From contig CAWELD010000003.1 in NCBI GenBank assembly GCA_963809895.1, positions 3,618,772 through 3,682,771 of the forward strand: a DNA stretch of 64,000 nt. The letters are read 5' to 3'. The position numbers and the translations under genes were made by a program. This document shows positions 53,812 to 63,351 of this stretch, piece after piece (position 1 is the stretch's first letter; each line of letters opens with the position of its first letter). The stretch comes from an uncultured Gemmatimonadales bacterium. Lineage in GTDB: Bacteria; Gemmatimonadota; Gemmatimonadetes; Longimicrobiales; Gaopeijiaceae. Under the pieces are notes generated by a model that was not told the origin of the DNA, ran no database searches, and worked only from the letters and a program-made list of their open reading frames with translations.

Positions 53812-53827
53812 GCCCTCGGGGGTCGCG

Positions 53828-53848
53828 AGTTAGGGAACTTGGCTAACT
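53828..53848. promoter_or_regulatory. Possible TA operator
   Basis: Inverted repeat AGTTAG-N9-CTAACT upstream of the Phd-like gene. Confidence 0.4.
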
Positions 53849-53896
53849 TCTGACGGGTAGAGCCTGGAACCTGACCACCCCGACGAGGAGGCGGCG

Positions 53897-54283
53897 ATGA
53901 CCAGCACCCGATCAGGTGACGAGGGGCCCGGAGGCAGGACCAGGGCCGGGAAGACCTCGACCGTGGCATCGACCGAGGCGCAGAACTCCCTCGGTGAGAT
54001 CCTCGCCCGGGTGGCGCGTGGAGAGCATGTGTTCATTACCCGCTACCGGCGTCCCGAGGCGGTGATCCTGTCGGTCGACGCCTATCGCGAGCTCACGGGG
54101 GAGCCCCCGGTCGACCTGGAGGGCCTCGAGCGGGAGTTCGACGAGGCCGTGCGCGGCATGCAGACGCCGGAGCAGGCGTCGGCCGTCGACGCTCTCTTCA
54201 GGATGTCGGGCGAGGAGCTCGGTGAAGCGGCGGTTGCCCGGAGCCGCCGGGCCCGCAAGGACCAGCCGGAGCCTGCGGTCTGA
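53897..54283 (+). CDS. Phd/YefM family antitoxin
   Basis: STEAQNSLGEILARV..GE.VFITRY..PEAVILS. Confidence 0.88.
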   Translation: MTSTRSGDEGPGGRTRAGKTSTVASTEAQNSLGEILARVARGEHVFITRYRRPEAVILSVDAYRELTGEPPVDLEGLEREFDEAVRGMQTPEQASAVDALFRMSGEELGEAAVARSRRARKDQPEPAV

Positions 54284-54288
54284 CGCCC

Positions 54289-54934
54289 GTGGGCGGCGAG
54301 GGTCCGCGTGCCGAGATCGTCGTGCTGGCGGGCACCAATGGCGCCGGCAAGTCCAGCGTGGTGGGGCAGGCCTTCGAGGCGGCCGGCGGACGGTTCTACA
54401 ACCCTGACGAAGCGACCCGGGCGTACCGGGCGAAGGGAGCTCGGTGAGGTCGCCGCGAACTCACGGGCGTGGCATCGTGGCCGCGAGCAGCTCGAGGCCG
54501 CCATCCAGGACGGAACGAGCTACGCGTTCGAGACGACCCTCGGCGGTCGCACGATCACTCGTCTGCTTCATGAAGCCGCGGCCAAGGGCCGACCGGTTCG
54601 CATCTGGTACGTGGGCCTCGCGTCGCGTGAGCTTCACATCGAGCGCGTGAAGGCGCGTGTGGCGGCGGGTGGCCACGACATCCCCGAGTCCAAGATCCGG
54701 GAGCGTTGGGATACGAGCCGCGAGAACCTCGTCCGCCTCCTGCCCGTCGTGAGCGAGGTGCGGGTCTTCGACAACAGCCACTCCGTGGCCTTCGCCAACG
54801 GCGAGCCTCCGCGCCCGACGCTGCTTCTCCACGTGATGGAGGGCTCGGTGCGACATATGGCACCGCCGGGCGAGATCCCGGGATGGGCCAAGCCGATCGT
54901 GATGGCGGCGGTGAAGGCGGACGCCGGTCGCTGA
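54289..54934 (+). CDS. Zeta-toxin-like P-loop NTPase (frameshift ~54435)
   Basis: VLAGTNGAGKS and NPDE in one frame; FETTLGG, RVAAGGHDIP, FDNS in the next. Confidence 0.82.
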
Positions 54935-55815
54935 GGCGTGCCCGCCGTCAGCGGACCAGCTCGTAGACCAGGATCGACTGGACGCCAAGCTGGGTAGTCG
55001 AGCCAGGGGTGCAGGACGCCGCCGGCCGTGACTCGATCCAACGAGGTCGAGTCACTCCTGGTGAGGACCAACTCGTCGGCCAGGAGGGCGGTCAGGAGCT
55101 TTGGCGCGAGGCCACCCGACCGACTCGAGGTCCCGAATTCCTCGATCTTGAAGACCGATTCATTGCCTCCGCCCGTCCAGACGACCGCGGACGAATCACG
55201 TGTGATGCGACGGATGGTGACGTCCGGCCGGTAACGTTGGCCGGATTGTACATCGGCTGTACTGGGTGAGCCCGAAACCAACTGCAGCCAGACGCCGCCC
55301 GCGTCATCTACCCCAATGATCCTTGGGTTGCTCCCGAATCCGTATGCTTCCTTGAGGTCGATGGCCGCCACCAGCTCACCACCGACGTCGAAGAGCAGTA
55401 CTCGGCTTCGACTGAGGTCGAAGATCCACACCTTGTCGTCGCTCGTGAGCCCGCCTGACGCCGGCGACCGGAACTCCCCCGGGCCGTCGCCCACGCGTCC
55501 GAGCCAACGCCGGAACGCGCCGTCGAGCCCGTACACGCCGACGCGCCTCGCGCCCGTGTCACCGAGCACGAGCAGGGAATCCCCCGGAAGTGCGGCCCAC
55601 GTCACCGTGACCAACGTATGCTCATCGTCCTCCGGCTCGACGCGACCGAGGGTCAACAGCGGGGTGGTGTCCACGAGCACTCTCGGCAGCGTGTCCAGGA
55701 AGTCGGCGTGCCCCAGCCCCCTGGACGTCGTGCCACCACCGGCGCGCCCACAACCCGCCACCCCAATCCACGCCGCGAGCGCGAGGATACAGTTCCGATG
55801 CAGGACATGTCTCAT
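54935..55815 (-). CDS. 6-bladed beta-propeller lipoprotein, probably C-terminally truncated
   Basis: Lipobox VAGC; GRVGDGPGEF motif; the frame runs on antisense into the zeta-like gene to 54634. Confidence 0.65.
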
Positions 55816-56049
55816 GGATACCGTCGATGGTAGCCGACCATGGCATATGCGCAGCGGTATTTGTCGGTCTCCCGGGCGGTGAACGCAAGTATCCCGGCAG
55901 GCGCACCGCGTTCGCGCAGCCCGTCCTCGAGGCGTGAGCTTCTGGGCGGGTGAGGCGTCCCGCCGACACCTGGATGGCCGGCCACCTTGACCGTGGGCCA
56001 GGAATCGGTCCACATTGTAGTGGAACTATTATGACACCTCGGAGGCTCC

Positions 56050-56283
56050 ATGGCTACACTCTCGAGCACGACCCGGGCCCAGGGGGCTTCCATCGTGACC
56101 ACGCTTCCCGCCGAGGTCGTGCGGCGCCTCGGCATTCCCGCAGGGCAACGCCTGGACTGGATCGAGGACGGACTCGGGGGCTTTCGGGTCGTTCCTCATT
56201 CGGAGGAGTTGGGGGAGGCCCTCGGCGCCCATGAAGAAATCATGGCCGAGTACGAGGGCGTGTTTCGCAAGCTCGCTCGGTGA
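56050..56283 (+). CDS. AbrB/MazE family antitoxin
   Basis: QGASIVTTLPAEV..LGI..G..L; ends FRKLAR; GTGA overlap. Confidence 0.85.
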   Translation: MATLSSTTRAQGASIVTTLPAEVVRRLGIPAGQRLDWIEDGLGGFRVVPHSEELGEALGAHEEIMAEYEGVFRKLAR

Positions 56284-56687
56284 GTGAAGGCGCGACCGCT
56301 GACGAGCCTCGGTGGCTCACGGAAGCGATGGTCCTGGCCATCCATGCCCAGCAGATCGAGCGCTACGGCGGAGCGCACGGGGTTCGGGACCAGAACGTCG
56401 TACGCTCGGCCCTTGCAAGACCGCTCCACCGGCGGGCGGACGAGGAGGAAGCCGACCTCGCAGACTTCGCCGCGGCCTACCTCATGGGGCTGGTCCGATC
56501 CCAGGGGTTCAACGATGGCAACAAGCGCACCGGCCTCGCCTCGGCCCTCGCCTTTCTTCGCCTGAACGGCCACGGGCTCCACGTGGCGGGCAAGGAGCTC
56601 TACGCCCTGACCATGCAGGCGGCCACGGGCGAGGCCGACGATGCAGTCGTTGCGGTGTATGTCAGATCACGCATGGAGTCCGAGTAG
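56280..56687 (+). CDS. doc: Doc (Fic-family) toxin
   Basis: IHAQQIERYGG.HGVRD, SALARP, QGFNDGNKRT. Confidence 0.87.
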   Translation: MSEGATADEPRWLTEAMVLAIHAQQIERYGGAHGVRDQNVVRSALARPLHRRADEEEADLADFAAAYLMGLVRSQGFNDGNKRTGLASALAFLRLNGHGLHVAGKELYALTMQAATGEADDAVVAVYVRSRMESE

Positions 56688-56706
56688 CCCAGGGACCTCG
56701 CCCCCC

Positions 56707-56868
56707 CTACTCTACCCCCGCCAGCTCCATGGTCGACAGCGCCAGCACCTTGGTGGCGTTGATGAGGTCGTCGACGCCACACCACTCGTCGGGCTGGTGC
56801 GCCAGCTCGAGGATGCCGGGGCCGTAGGCGACGCAGTTGTCCACACCGGCGATGCGCGCCACGTGCTT
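56707..56868 (-). pseudogene. 3' fragment of an M20/ArgE-DapE family peptidase gene
   Basis: KHVARIAGVDNCVAYGPGILELAHQPDEW; host-like high-GC codons end abruptly at ~56868. Confidence 0.8.
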
Positions 56869-56951
56869 CGCCCAGTTTGCGGGTAATGCCTGACCTCCGG
56901 CAACGTAGATTAGGAGCCACACCAGCCCCCTCGTTGCTAGGGAGGGGTGCG

Positions 56952-57512
56952 TTGTCCAGTCAAGCGGACGCCGAATTCGCGGAACTGGTACGCCGTTTCT
57001 GGGATGTCGTCGAGGCCTCTGCCTCGCAGGTTCTTGGCGGCGGACCAGACGCCCAAGATGTTGCCCAGGACGTCTTCATCGGGCTCTGGGACCGCGGCCA
57101 GTGGCGGAGTATCCAGCATTCGATGCAGTTCTTCCGAACTGCCGGGCGCAACGGGGCGTTGAAGATCCTCCGACGGCGACGCGGGTTTTCCGCAGCGGAC
57201 GAGCGTGCCGCCATCGACCTCCCGGATCCATCGCCGGGTGCCGGCGAGATCATCCACTCGGCCCAAATCGTGGCTTCGGTCCATGCGATAATCCGTGAAC
57301 TCCCAGATCGGTGCCGGCGGGTTTGCTTGCTAGTCTTCGTGCAGGGCTGGAGTCACCGAGAGGTGGCGAAGGAGCTTTCAATCTCTGTGAAGGCCGTCGG
57401 GAAGCAGGTGGCTCGCGGCCGCTCCCACCTAAGAGCGAGGCTCCCCCTGTGGGTGATGTCCACAATCTTGGACGGGGGAGAATCGCCACCGGTGGTCAAG
57501 GGGGAGAAGTGA
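56952..57512 (+). CDS. ECF sigma factor (no adjacent anti-sigma)
   Basis: AQDVAQDVF..LW; LPDRCRRV.LL...GWSHREVAKELSISVKAV; start uncertain. Confidence 0.8.
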   Translation: MSSQADAEFAELVRRFWDVVEASASQVLGGGPDAQDVAQDVFIGLWDRGQWRSIQHSMQFFRTAGRNGALKILRRRRGFSAADERAAIDLPDPSPGAGEIIHSAQIVASVHAIIRELPDRCRRVCLLVFVQGWSHREVAKELSISVKAVGKQVARGRSHLRARLPLWVMSTILDGGESPPVVKGEK

Positions 57513-57521
57513 GTCACGCGG

Positions 57522-57565
57522 CGTGAGCGGCGGTGGGTACGTGAGCGGCGGTGGGTACCCGCCGC
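57522..57565. repeat. 18-bp tandem duplication
   Basis: GTGAGCGGCGGTGGGTAC x2, followed by complementary CCGCCGC. Confidence 0.8.
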
Positions 57566-57601
57566 GGGTGCTCGGAGCTGCGGAGGCTGCGATCGCGAAG
57601 C

Positions 57602-57892
57602 ATGTCGATGGGACCCGTCAAGCGAGCCGTCGCCGGCGAAGCCCGGGCTGCGATGCTCGAGGCGCCCGATGCCCTTCCACCCCAGTGCGCCAAGGTGATC
57701 AGGCTCACACTCGTGGAGGGCTACTTGGCCTCGGAAGTCGCTGCGGAGTGCGGAGTTGGCCTCAATGCTGTAGGCAAGCGGCGAGCCCGTGGCCGACGGC
57801 TCATGAAGGGCTGGTTCAAGCTCACGGCGGGGCCCCAGCATGGCTGTCCACTTTTGAGGACGGGGGGGGTGGAGCCGGTCGACGCTCTATAG
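57602..57892 (+). pseudogene. Sigma-70 region 4-only protein or degenerate ECF paralog
   Basis: LPPQCAKVIRL..EGY..SEVA..CGV..NAVGK..ARGR; tail LSTFEDGG (other frame) matches MSTILDGG of the upstream sigma. Confidence 0.65.
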
Positions 57893-57977
57893 TGGTGAAG
57901 GGCGCAACGATCCCATTGCCTCGGGAGACGGTCACGCTATCCGTCTCGAGATCATCACCAAACGCAAAGGACGAGTC

Positions 57978-58187
57978 ATGCTGAAGGCACTGTTGGTAGC
58001 GAAAAGGAAGCTCGCGTTCTTTGGAGCACTGGGAGTTCTAGGTCTCTTGCAGGGCGCCGTCTCCGCTGAAGAAGCAGCGTGTGGGACGTGCTGGATCGAC
58101 AATCCGGGAGTATGCATCATCGATGGAATCAAGGTCGACAACGCCTGTGATGGCGCGACGCCGGGATGCTATCCGAAAAAGAACTAG
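57978..58187 (+). CDS. Small secreted Cys-rich peptide
   Basis: AAGGA RBS; signal peptide ending VSA; 39-aa mature region with 5 Cys (CGTC...C...C...C). Confidence 0.7.
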   Translation: MLKALLVAKRKLAFFGALGVLGLLQGAVSAEEAACGTCWIDNPGVCIIDGIKVDNACDGATPGCYPKKN

Positions 58188-59272
58188 TGTAGTGTTTCTA
58201 AAGTTGTTAGCCCACATTCAATCTTCGCGAGAATCTCCTGAGCGGACTTTGTCCAGATGAAGGGTTTCGGGTCTTCGTTGCGATGGTCGAGATAGGCCTC
58301 GATGTGGCCGATGAGTTCCGGGACGCTATTGACGGCGAGGCGCTTGAGCTGGCGTTCGTCGAGCTCCCCGAACAGACGCTCGACGATATTGGCCCACGAG
58401 GCGCCCGTGGGTACGAAATGAAACTGGACCCGGGGATTGCGTTCCAGCCACCTGCGGACCTTCTCGTGCTTGTGCGTGGCGTAGTTGTCGAGGATCACGT
58501 GAATCTCCAGATCGGGATCGACGCTCTTCTCGACCTTCTTCATGAACGTCAGGAACTCCTGATGCCGGTGCCGAGGCATACACTCGTGAAGGACGTGGCC
58601 CGTGGCGACGTCGAGGGCGGCGAACAGAGTCGTCGTGCCGTGCCGTTTGTAGTCGTGCGTCATCGTTCCCGCACGACCCTTCTTGAGTGGCAGACCGGGC
58701 TGGGTACGGTCGAGGGCCTGGATCTGGCTCTTCTCGTCGAAGCTGAAGACGACGGCGTTGTCAGGAGGATTCAGGTAGACGCCCACCACGTCATGCAGCT
58801 TCTCGACCAAACGAGGATCGCGCGAGAGCTTGAAGCGCCGGATCTGGTGGGGCTTGAGCCCGTACTTCCTCCACACCCTCCAGATGGTCACGTGGTCGAG
58901 CCCCATGGCCTCGCCCAGGAGCCGACTGCTCCAGTGGGTCGAAACCTCAGGCGGCGGATCCTCCTCGACCGTCTTCCTGACGATCTCCTCCTCGAGCCTA
59001 CGCGTGACTTTCGGGGGCCGTCCCGACCGGGCTCGGTCGCCCTCGATCCCCTTGAGCCCTTCGGCCTCGTAGCGTCGCATCCACAGACGGGCGGTATCTC
59101 GGGCGATGCCCAGTGTGGCTCCGATGGCGCGACTCGATTCTCCTCGGGAGGCGGCCAGAACGATCTTCGCTCGTTCGACCTGGCGCCTCGGCAACGTGCG
59201 GGATCGTGCCCAGGATTCGAGCGTCCTCCGGTCCCCGCGGCGCAGTCGCAACTTCCTGGTTGCAGTAGCCAT
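58184..59272 (-). CDS. IS630 transposase
   Basis: DEKSQIQALDR, HDYKRHGT, ILDNYATHK, SWANIVER. Confidence 0.95.
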   Translation of the reverse strand: MATATRKLRLRRGDRRTLESWARSRTLPRRQVERAKIVLAASRGESSRAIGATLGIARDTARLWMRRYEAEGLKGIEGDRARSGRPPKVTRRLEEEIVRKTVEEDPPPEVSTHWSSRLLGEAMGLDHVTIWRVWRKYGLKPHQIRRFKLSRDPRLVEKLHDVVGVYLNPPDNAVVFSFDEKSQIQALDRTQPGLPLKKGRAGTMTHDYKRHGTTTLFAALDVATGHVLHECMPRHRHQEFLTFMKKVEKSVDPDLEIHVILDNYATHKHEKVRRWLERNPRVQFHFVPTGASWANIVERLFGELDERQLKRLAVNSVPELIGHIEAYLDHRNEDPKPFIWTKSAQEILAKIECGLTTLETLH

Positions 59273-59329
59273 GAACACCAATATAGCGCTCCCGGGCATC
59301 ATGGGATAGATACTTTTGTAACAGTACAC
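58187..59329 (-). mobile_element. IS630-family insertion sequence (1143 bp)
   Basis: IRs GTGTAGTGTTTCTAAAGT / GTGTACTGTTACAAAAGT; TA duplicated (58185-58186, 59330-59331) in a CTAG site. Confidence 0.93.
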
Positions 59330-59412
59330 TAGAATGGCAAAGTCGAGACTGACCCGCATGCCTGCTTGACGATTGCGGAACCGGGATGGTTAGGGTGTAG
59401 GGGGGGAACCGA

Positions 59413-60216
59413 GTGACCGTACCAGAAGTGCTCTCGTCAGTGCTTGTCCTGCGACCTCCAGCGTTTGCCGAGGCGATCCCTCCAGATCGGCCGGCCTTCG
59501 GCCCGGGGCATGTCACGGTCATCGTGATTCGGCCCGAAGACCTCATGGGCCATCGCTTGGCTGTCACGACAGAGAAGTGCCGCGTTCTTATGGACATGAG
59601 TCCGTTCCTACCATTGGTTCTGGCCTTGGAACACTTGCCGGCGGCAGTCGACGAGGGCTTGCTTCGAGGCCTGAGGGCAGTGCCATGCGATGCCCTCATC
59701 CCGCGTGATTCTGTGAACCCTGGGACATTGAGGCGAGCCGTGACGCGGGCGGAGCAGGTGGTGTCCCGAATCGAGGCTCTGCTCCCCAGGTCATACGGAG
59801 TGCAGGATACCAACATCATTGGCGCCTCGGTCGAATCGGGTCTCGCTTCGGGGCCTCGATCACCGCTCATGCCACGACTTATCTCTTGGCCCAGGCATGT
59901 GCCGGGCTCGCAGCGGCTCTGGTTCAATTTCGGTCGGAGTCTACGCTCGGCTCTGTACCTTCAACAACGTCCTCGGGCGACTCAGGGTCGCGCGGCCTTC
60001 GATCTTGGTTTCCACGACGCATCCAGCTTGAGCCGGCAGTTGCATAGTGCTTTCGGTGTCAGGCCGCCCGTCGTCGCAGGTTTGCCTGGTTGGGGCTGGC
60101 TCTACCTCCGTTGGCAAGAGCGGCATCTCTCTTCGGTTGCTCAGCCTGACCTTCGTGTGACGGTGGCTGACCTTCGTCGGAGGTGGGCTGAATCCAAGGG
60201 TGATGCTGCCGTGTAG
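59413..60216 (+). CDS. AraC-type HTH regulator (divergent)
   Basis: C-terminal AAFDLGFHDASSLSRQLHSAFGVRP. Confidence 0.68.
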   Translation: MTVPEVLSSVLVLRPPAFAEAIPPDRPAFGPGHVTVIVIRPEDLMGHRLAVTTEKCRVLMDMSPFLPLVLALEHLPAAVDEGLLRGLRAVPCDALIPRDSVNPGTLRRAVTRAEQVVSRIEALLPRSYGVQDTNIIGASVESGLASGPRSPLMPRLISWPRHVPGSQRLWFNFGRSLRSALYLQQRPRATQGRAAFDLGFHDASSLSRQLHSAFGVRPPVVAGLPGWGWLYLRWQERHLSSVAQPDLRVTVADLRRRWAESKGDAAV

Positions 60217-60490
60217 CGCCAAGTGTCCCGAGGCCTTGGACGCTTGCTGGCCCTCGGCACACCGATCCGCCGGCGTTGAGGTAAGAACTGCATGTCTCTT
60301 GCTGCTTGGCGTCTCGATAGAGCTTGTCGACCGATCCACCTCCTTCCATGACTTCAGAGCTTCCTGGATGTGAGTTCTCCAAACTTTGTCGCAGATCGTC
60401 TCTAGACTCTGTCGCATCGGGGGCATCCGGAAGGTAGAATCGACAGCCTTCGCGTAGGGTAGGAGACCCGGGACTCGGAGGCGGGAGGGG

Positions 60491-61900
60491 ATGCTCAGGA
60501 TGATCGACAGACACGCGGTTGTGCAGATGCTAACGGCCGGGGTCAGGATCGGAGAGGTGGCCCGGCAGTTCGGGGTGTCGCGGCGAACGATCGAGCGGAT
60601 CCGGAAGGAGCCGGCGATCGAGACGGCCGACGACGGGGCGGCCCGGAGGCGGCGCGGCGTAGGGCGTCCGCCGGTGCCGGAGGCGGTGAAGGAGCGGATG
60701 CGGGCACTGCTGGAGGCCGATCCGGTGGGTCCTCCGCTGGAGGTGCTGCGCCAGCTCTGGGACGAGGGGATCGAGCTGGGCGAGAGCACGTTCTACAAGC
60801 TGTACCGGATCGAGCGGGAGAAGGTGCCGAAGGAGCTGATGGTGCGCTTCGAGGGCGTGCCGGGCGAGTTTGCGCAGTTCGATTTCGGGCAGGTGGACGT
60901 GCGGTTGGTGGGCGGCGGCACGCGTCGGGTGCATTTCGCCGTCTACCGGCTGAAGTACTCGAGGTGGGTGTGGGTGATGGTGGTTCCGGACGAGCGGGTG
61001 GAGTCGCTGATCCGGGTGCTGCTGGGGTCCTTCGAGGCGTCGGGCGGCGTGCCGCTGCGGGTGGTCTTCGATCGGCCGAAGACGGTGGTCGTGGGCCAGG
61101 AGAAGGACGGCCGCCCGATCTGGAACCCGACGCTGGCGCAGACGGCCATCGACTACGGGTTCACGATCGAGGTGTGCGCTCCGCGGAGCCCGGAGCAGAA
61201 GGGTTCGGTGGAGAACGGCGTGGGCTTCGTGAAGCGGCGCTTCTTCCGGGCCCGCCGGTCATCGATGTCGAGGCCGACCTGCCCCGCCAGCTCCTGGAGT
61301 GGCTGGTCGAGGTGAACGAGGAGCGGCCGAGCCGGGCGACGAAGGAGATCCCGAAGCTCCGGCTCGCGGCCGAGCAGGAGCGGATGAAGCCGCTGGCCGT
61401 GTCGCCCTGCGGAGTATGCGCTGCGCTTCCCGGTGCAGGTGGGGCCGACGGCGCTGGTGGACTTCGGGGGCATCCGCTACGCCATGCCGGCCGGAGCATG
61501 CGGCATCCCGGCCACGCTGCATCTCTACCCGGACCGGGTGCGGATCGTCACGAGCGGCGGCCGCTTCGAGGCCACGCATCCGCGCTTCCCGAAGGTGGGC
61601 CGGACCAGCTACCTGCCAGGCCAGCGAGCCGAGCAGCTCGCGGCGGTCGCCGGAGCCCGCAAGCGGCTCTACTTCATGCGCGAGCGGATCCTGGAGCTCG
61701 GTCCCGTGGGCGAGAGCTATCTGACCGAGCTCATCCATGCCCGGCCGCGCACCTGGAAGGGCGACGTGGAGCGGCTCTTCATGCTGCTGGAGGAGCTGGG
61801 CGAGCCGCGCGTTCCTGCGGCTGCTGCAGCGTGCGCTCTTCCAGCGCCTCTACGGCGCCGAGTACGTCGTGGACCTCGCCGCCCGGGAGGTGGCCTCATG
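60491..61900 (+). CDS. istA: IS21 transposase IstA (frameshifted)
   Basis: RFEGVPGEFAQFDFG, FDRPKT, QKGSVEN; split over several frames. Confidence 0.88.
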
Positions 61901-62660
61901 AGCGCCGGCCTGCGGTTGCCGATGGGCCGCCGATCTCGACGGCATGCTCCAGCGGCTCCATCTGCCCACGATCCGGCGGCTCTATCGCCGAGCTGGCCGT
62001 GCGGGCCGAGGAGGAGCAGATGAGCTACCGCACCTACCTCGAGATCCTCCTCGCCGAGGAGATCGCCCACCGCGCCCAGACCCGCATCACGCGCTCCGTG
62101 CGCAAGGCCAGGTTCCCGTTCCTGCGCACCATCGAGGAGTTCGACTTCACCTTCCAGACCTCGATCCGCCTCAAGATGCTCGGCAGCTTCCTCGGGCCCG
62201 AGCTCGTCACCGAGGGCCGCTGCGCCATCTTCGCGGCCCGCCCGGCCGCGGCAAGACGCACCTCGCCGTGGCCATCGCCTACCGCGCCATCCAGAACGGC
62301 TTCGAGGCCCGCTTCACCACGGCCGACGAGCTGATCGGCGAGCTCTCCGCGGCCGCCGCCGAGGCCGGCTCGAGCGAAGCCCTCGAGCCCTACGTGCATC
62401 CGCACGTCCTGGTCATCGACGAACTCGGCTACCAGAGCTATGCCGCCGATGCCGCCAACGTGCTCTACCGCGTCGTCAACGACCGCTACCTCAAGCGGCC
62501 AGCCCATGATCTTCACCACCAACAAGCCTCTGGCCGCGCTCGGCCAGGTGCTCCATGATGGAGACCTCGCCGAGGCGATCCTCGACCGCCTCCTCGAGCG
62601 CGGCACCCACTTCATGCTCCGCGGCTCGCTCCTACCGCACCCGCCACCACAAACGAGAGG
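61897..62660 (+). CDS. istB: IS21 helper ATPase IstB (frameshifted)
   Basis: ARFP..RTIEEFDF, GRGKTHLA, VIDELGY, TTNK, AILDRL. Confidence 0.88.
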
Positions 62661-62874
62661 AGGAACCGCTCGAACCCGGGGCTGCTTAGCCCAACTCCCA
62701 CCCCGGTTGCGACAAAGTTCAGAGAGCGCATGCGACATCTTTTCGAGAACGCACACTGGACTAGTGTCAGGAAATGGCCACGGATCACGATTGCTGTCAT
62801 GGTGCGATCTATGCAATGCCTGTATCGTTCCACTGATGGTTCCGCAGTACCTTTCTTTCAGAGGAGGTTGCACG

Positions 62875-63288
62875 ATGACTTCTGTTCAACGATCCTCTCG
62901 CTCCTCGCTGTGTGCGCATCAATGGTTGCGTCGCTGCTCCTTATCACCCCTTCCCAGGCGTCAGCGCAGTGTTGGACGTGCGATTTCGCGTTCGGTGGGA
63001 CCGTCTGTGCCGGACAGGTGGAAGGCAAGTTTAGGGTTACCTCAGTGCGGCCAAGACTATGGACCTACGGGAGACCCCTTCTGTGCGCCGTCCGGCGAGG
63101 TCTGCGAGTCCGGGCCAATGGCGCTGCGGATGTCAGGTCAGATCGTCCCCGAGGCGCAAGTCGCAACCTACCGTGACGAGCAGTCCCCCGAGGCGCGGTC
63201 GGTGACACTCTGCGACGGAAGTCGGATTCAGGTCACCGAAGTAAGCGTGGAAGAGCGGCGGCGTATCAAGTCCATTGTCATCCGTTAG
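62875..63288 (+). CDS. Small secreted Cys-rich protein (two apparent compensating indels)
   Basis: GAGGAGG RBS; composite reading: signal ...PSQASA, QCWTC...C, then C...C...C...C ending KSIVIR. Confidence 0.6.
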   Translation: MTSVQRSSRSSLCAHQWLRRCSLSPLPRRQRSVGRAISRSVGPSVPDRWKASLGLPQCGQDYGPTGDPFCAPSGEVCESGPMALRMSGQIVPEAQVATYRDEQSPEARSVTLCDGSRIQVTEVSVEERRRIKSIVIR

Positions 63289-63351
63289 GCGGGCCTGCGC
63301 CCGTGAAAACCACGCAAGGTAGGGCGTCTTTTGTTTGATTGTTGGAGGCCG

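Larger units (their letters stand above)
60369..62755 (+). mobile_element. IS21-family insertion sequence (2387 bp)
   Basis: TG...CA ends, IRs TGTGAGTTCTC / TGTGCGTTCTC with repeated TGTCGCA boxes; 5-bp target duplication CTGGA (60364-60368, 62756-62760). Confidence 0.93.

Noticed and set aside
45851..58187. RiPP cluster linking the radical SAM enzymes to the Cys-rich peptide
   Set aside because: The peptide has a Sec-type signal and lies beyond two TA modules and an island boundary; the enzymes show no SPASM or RRE features I can see
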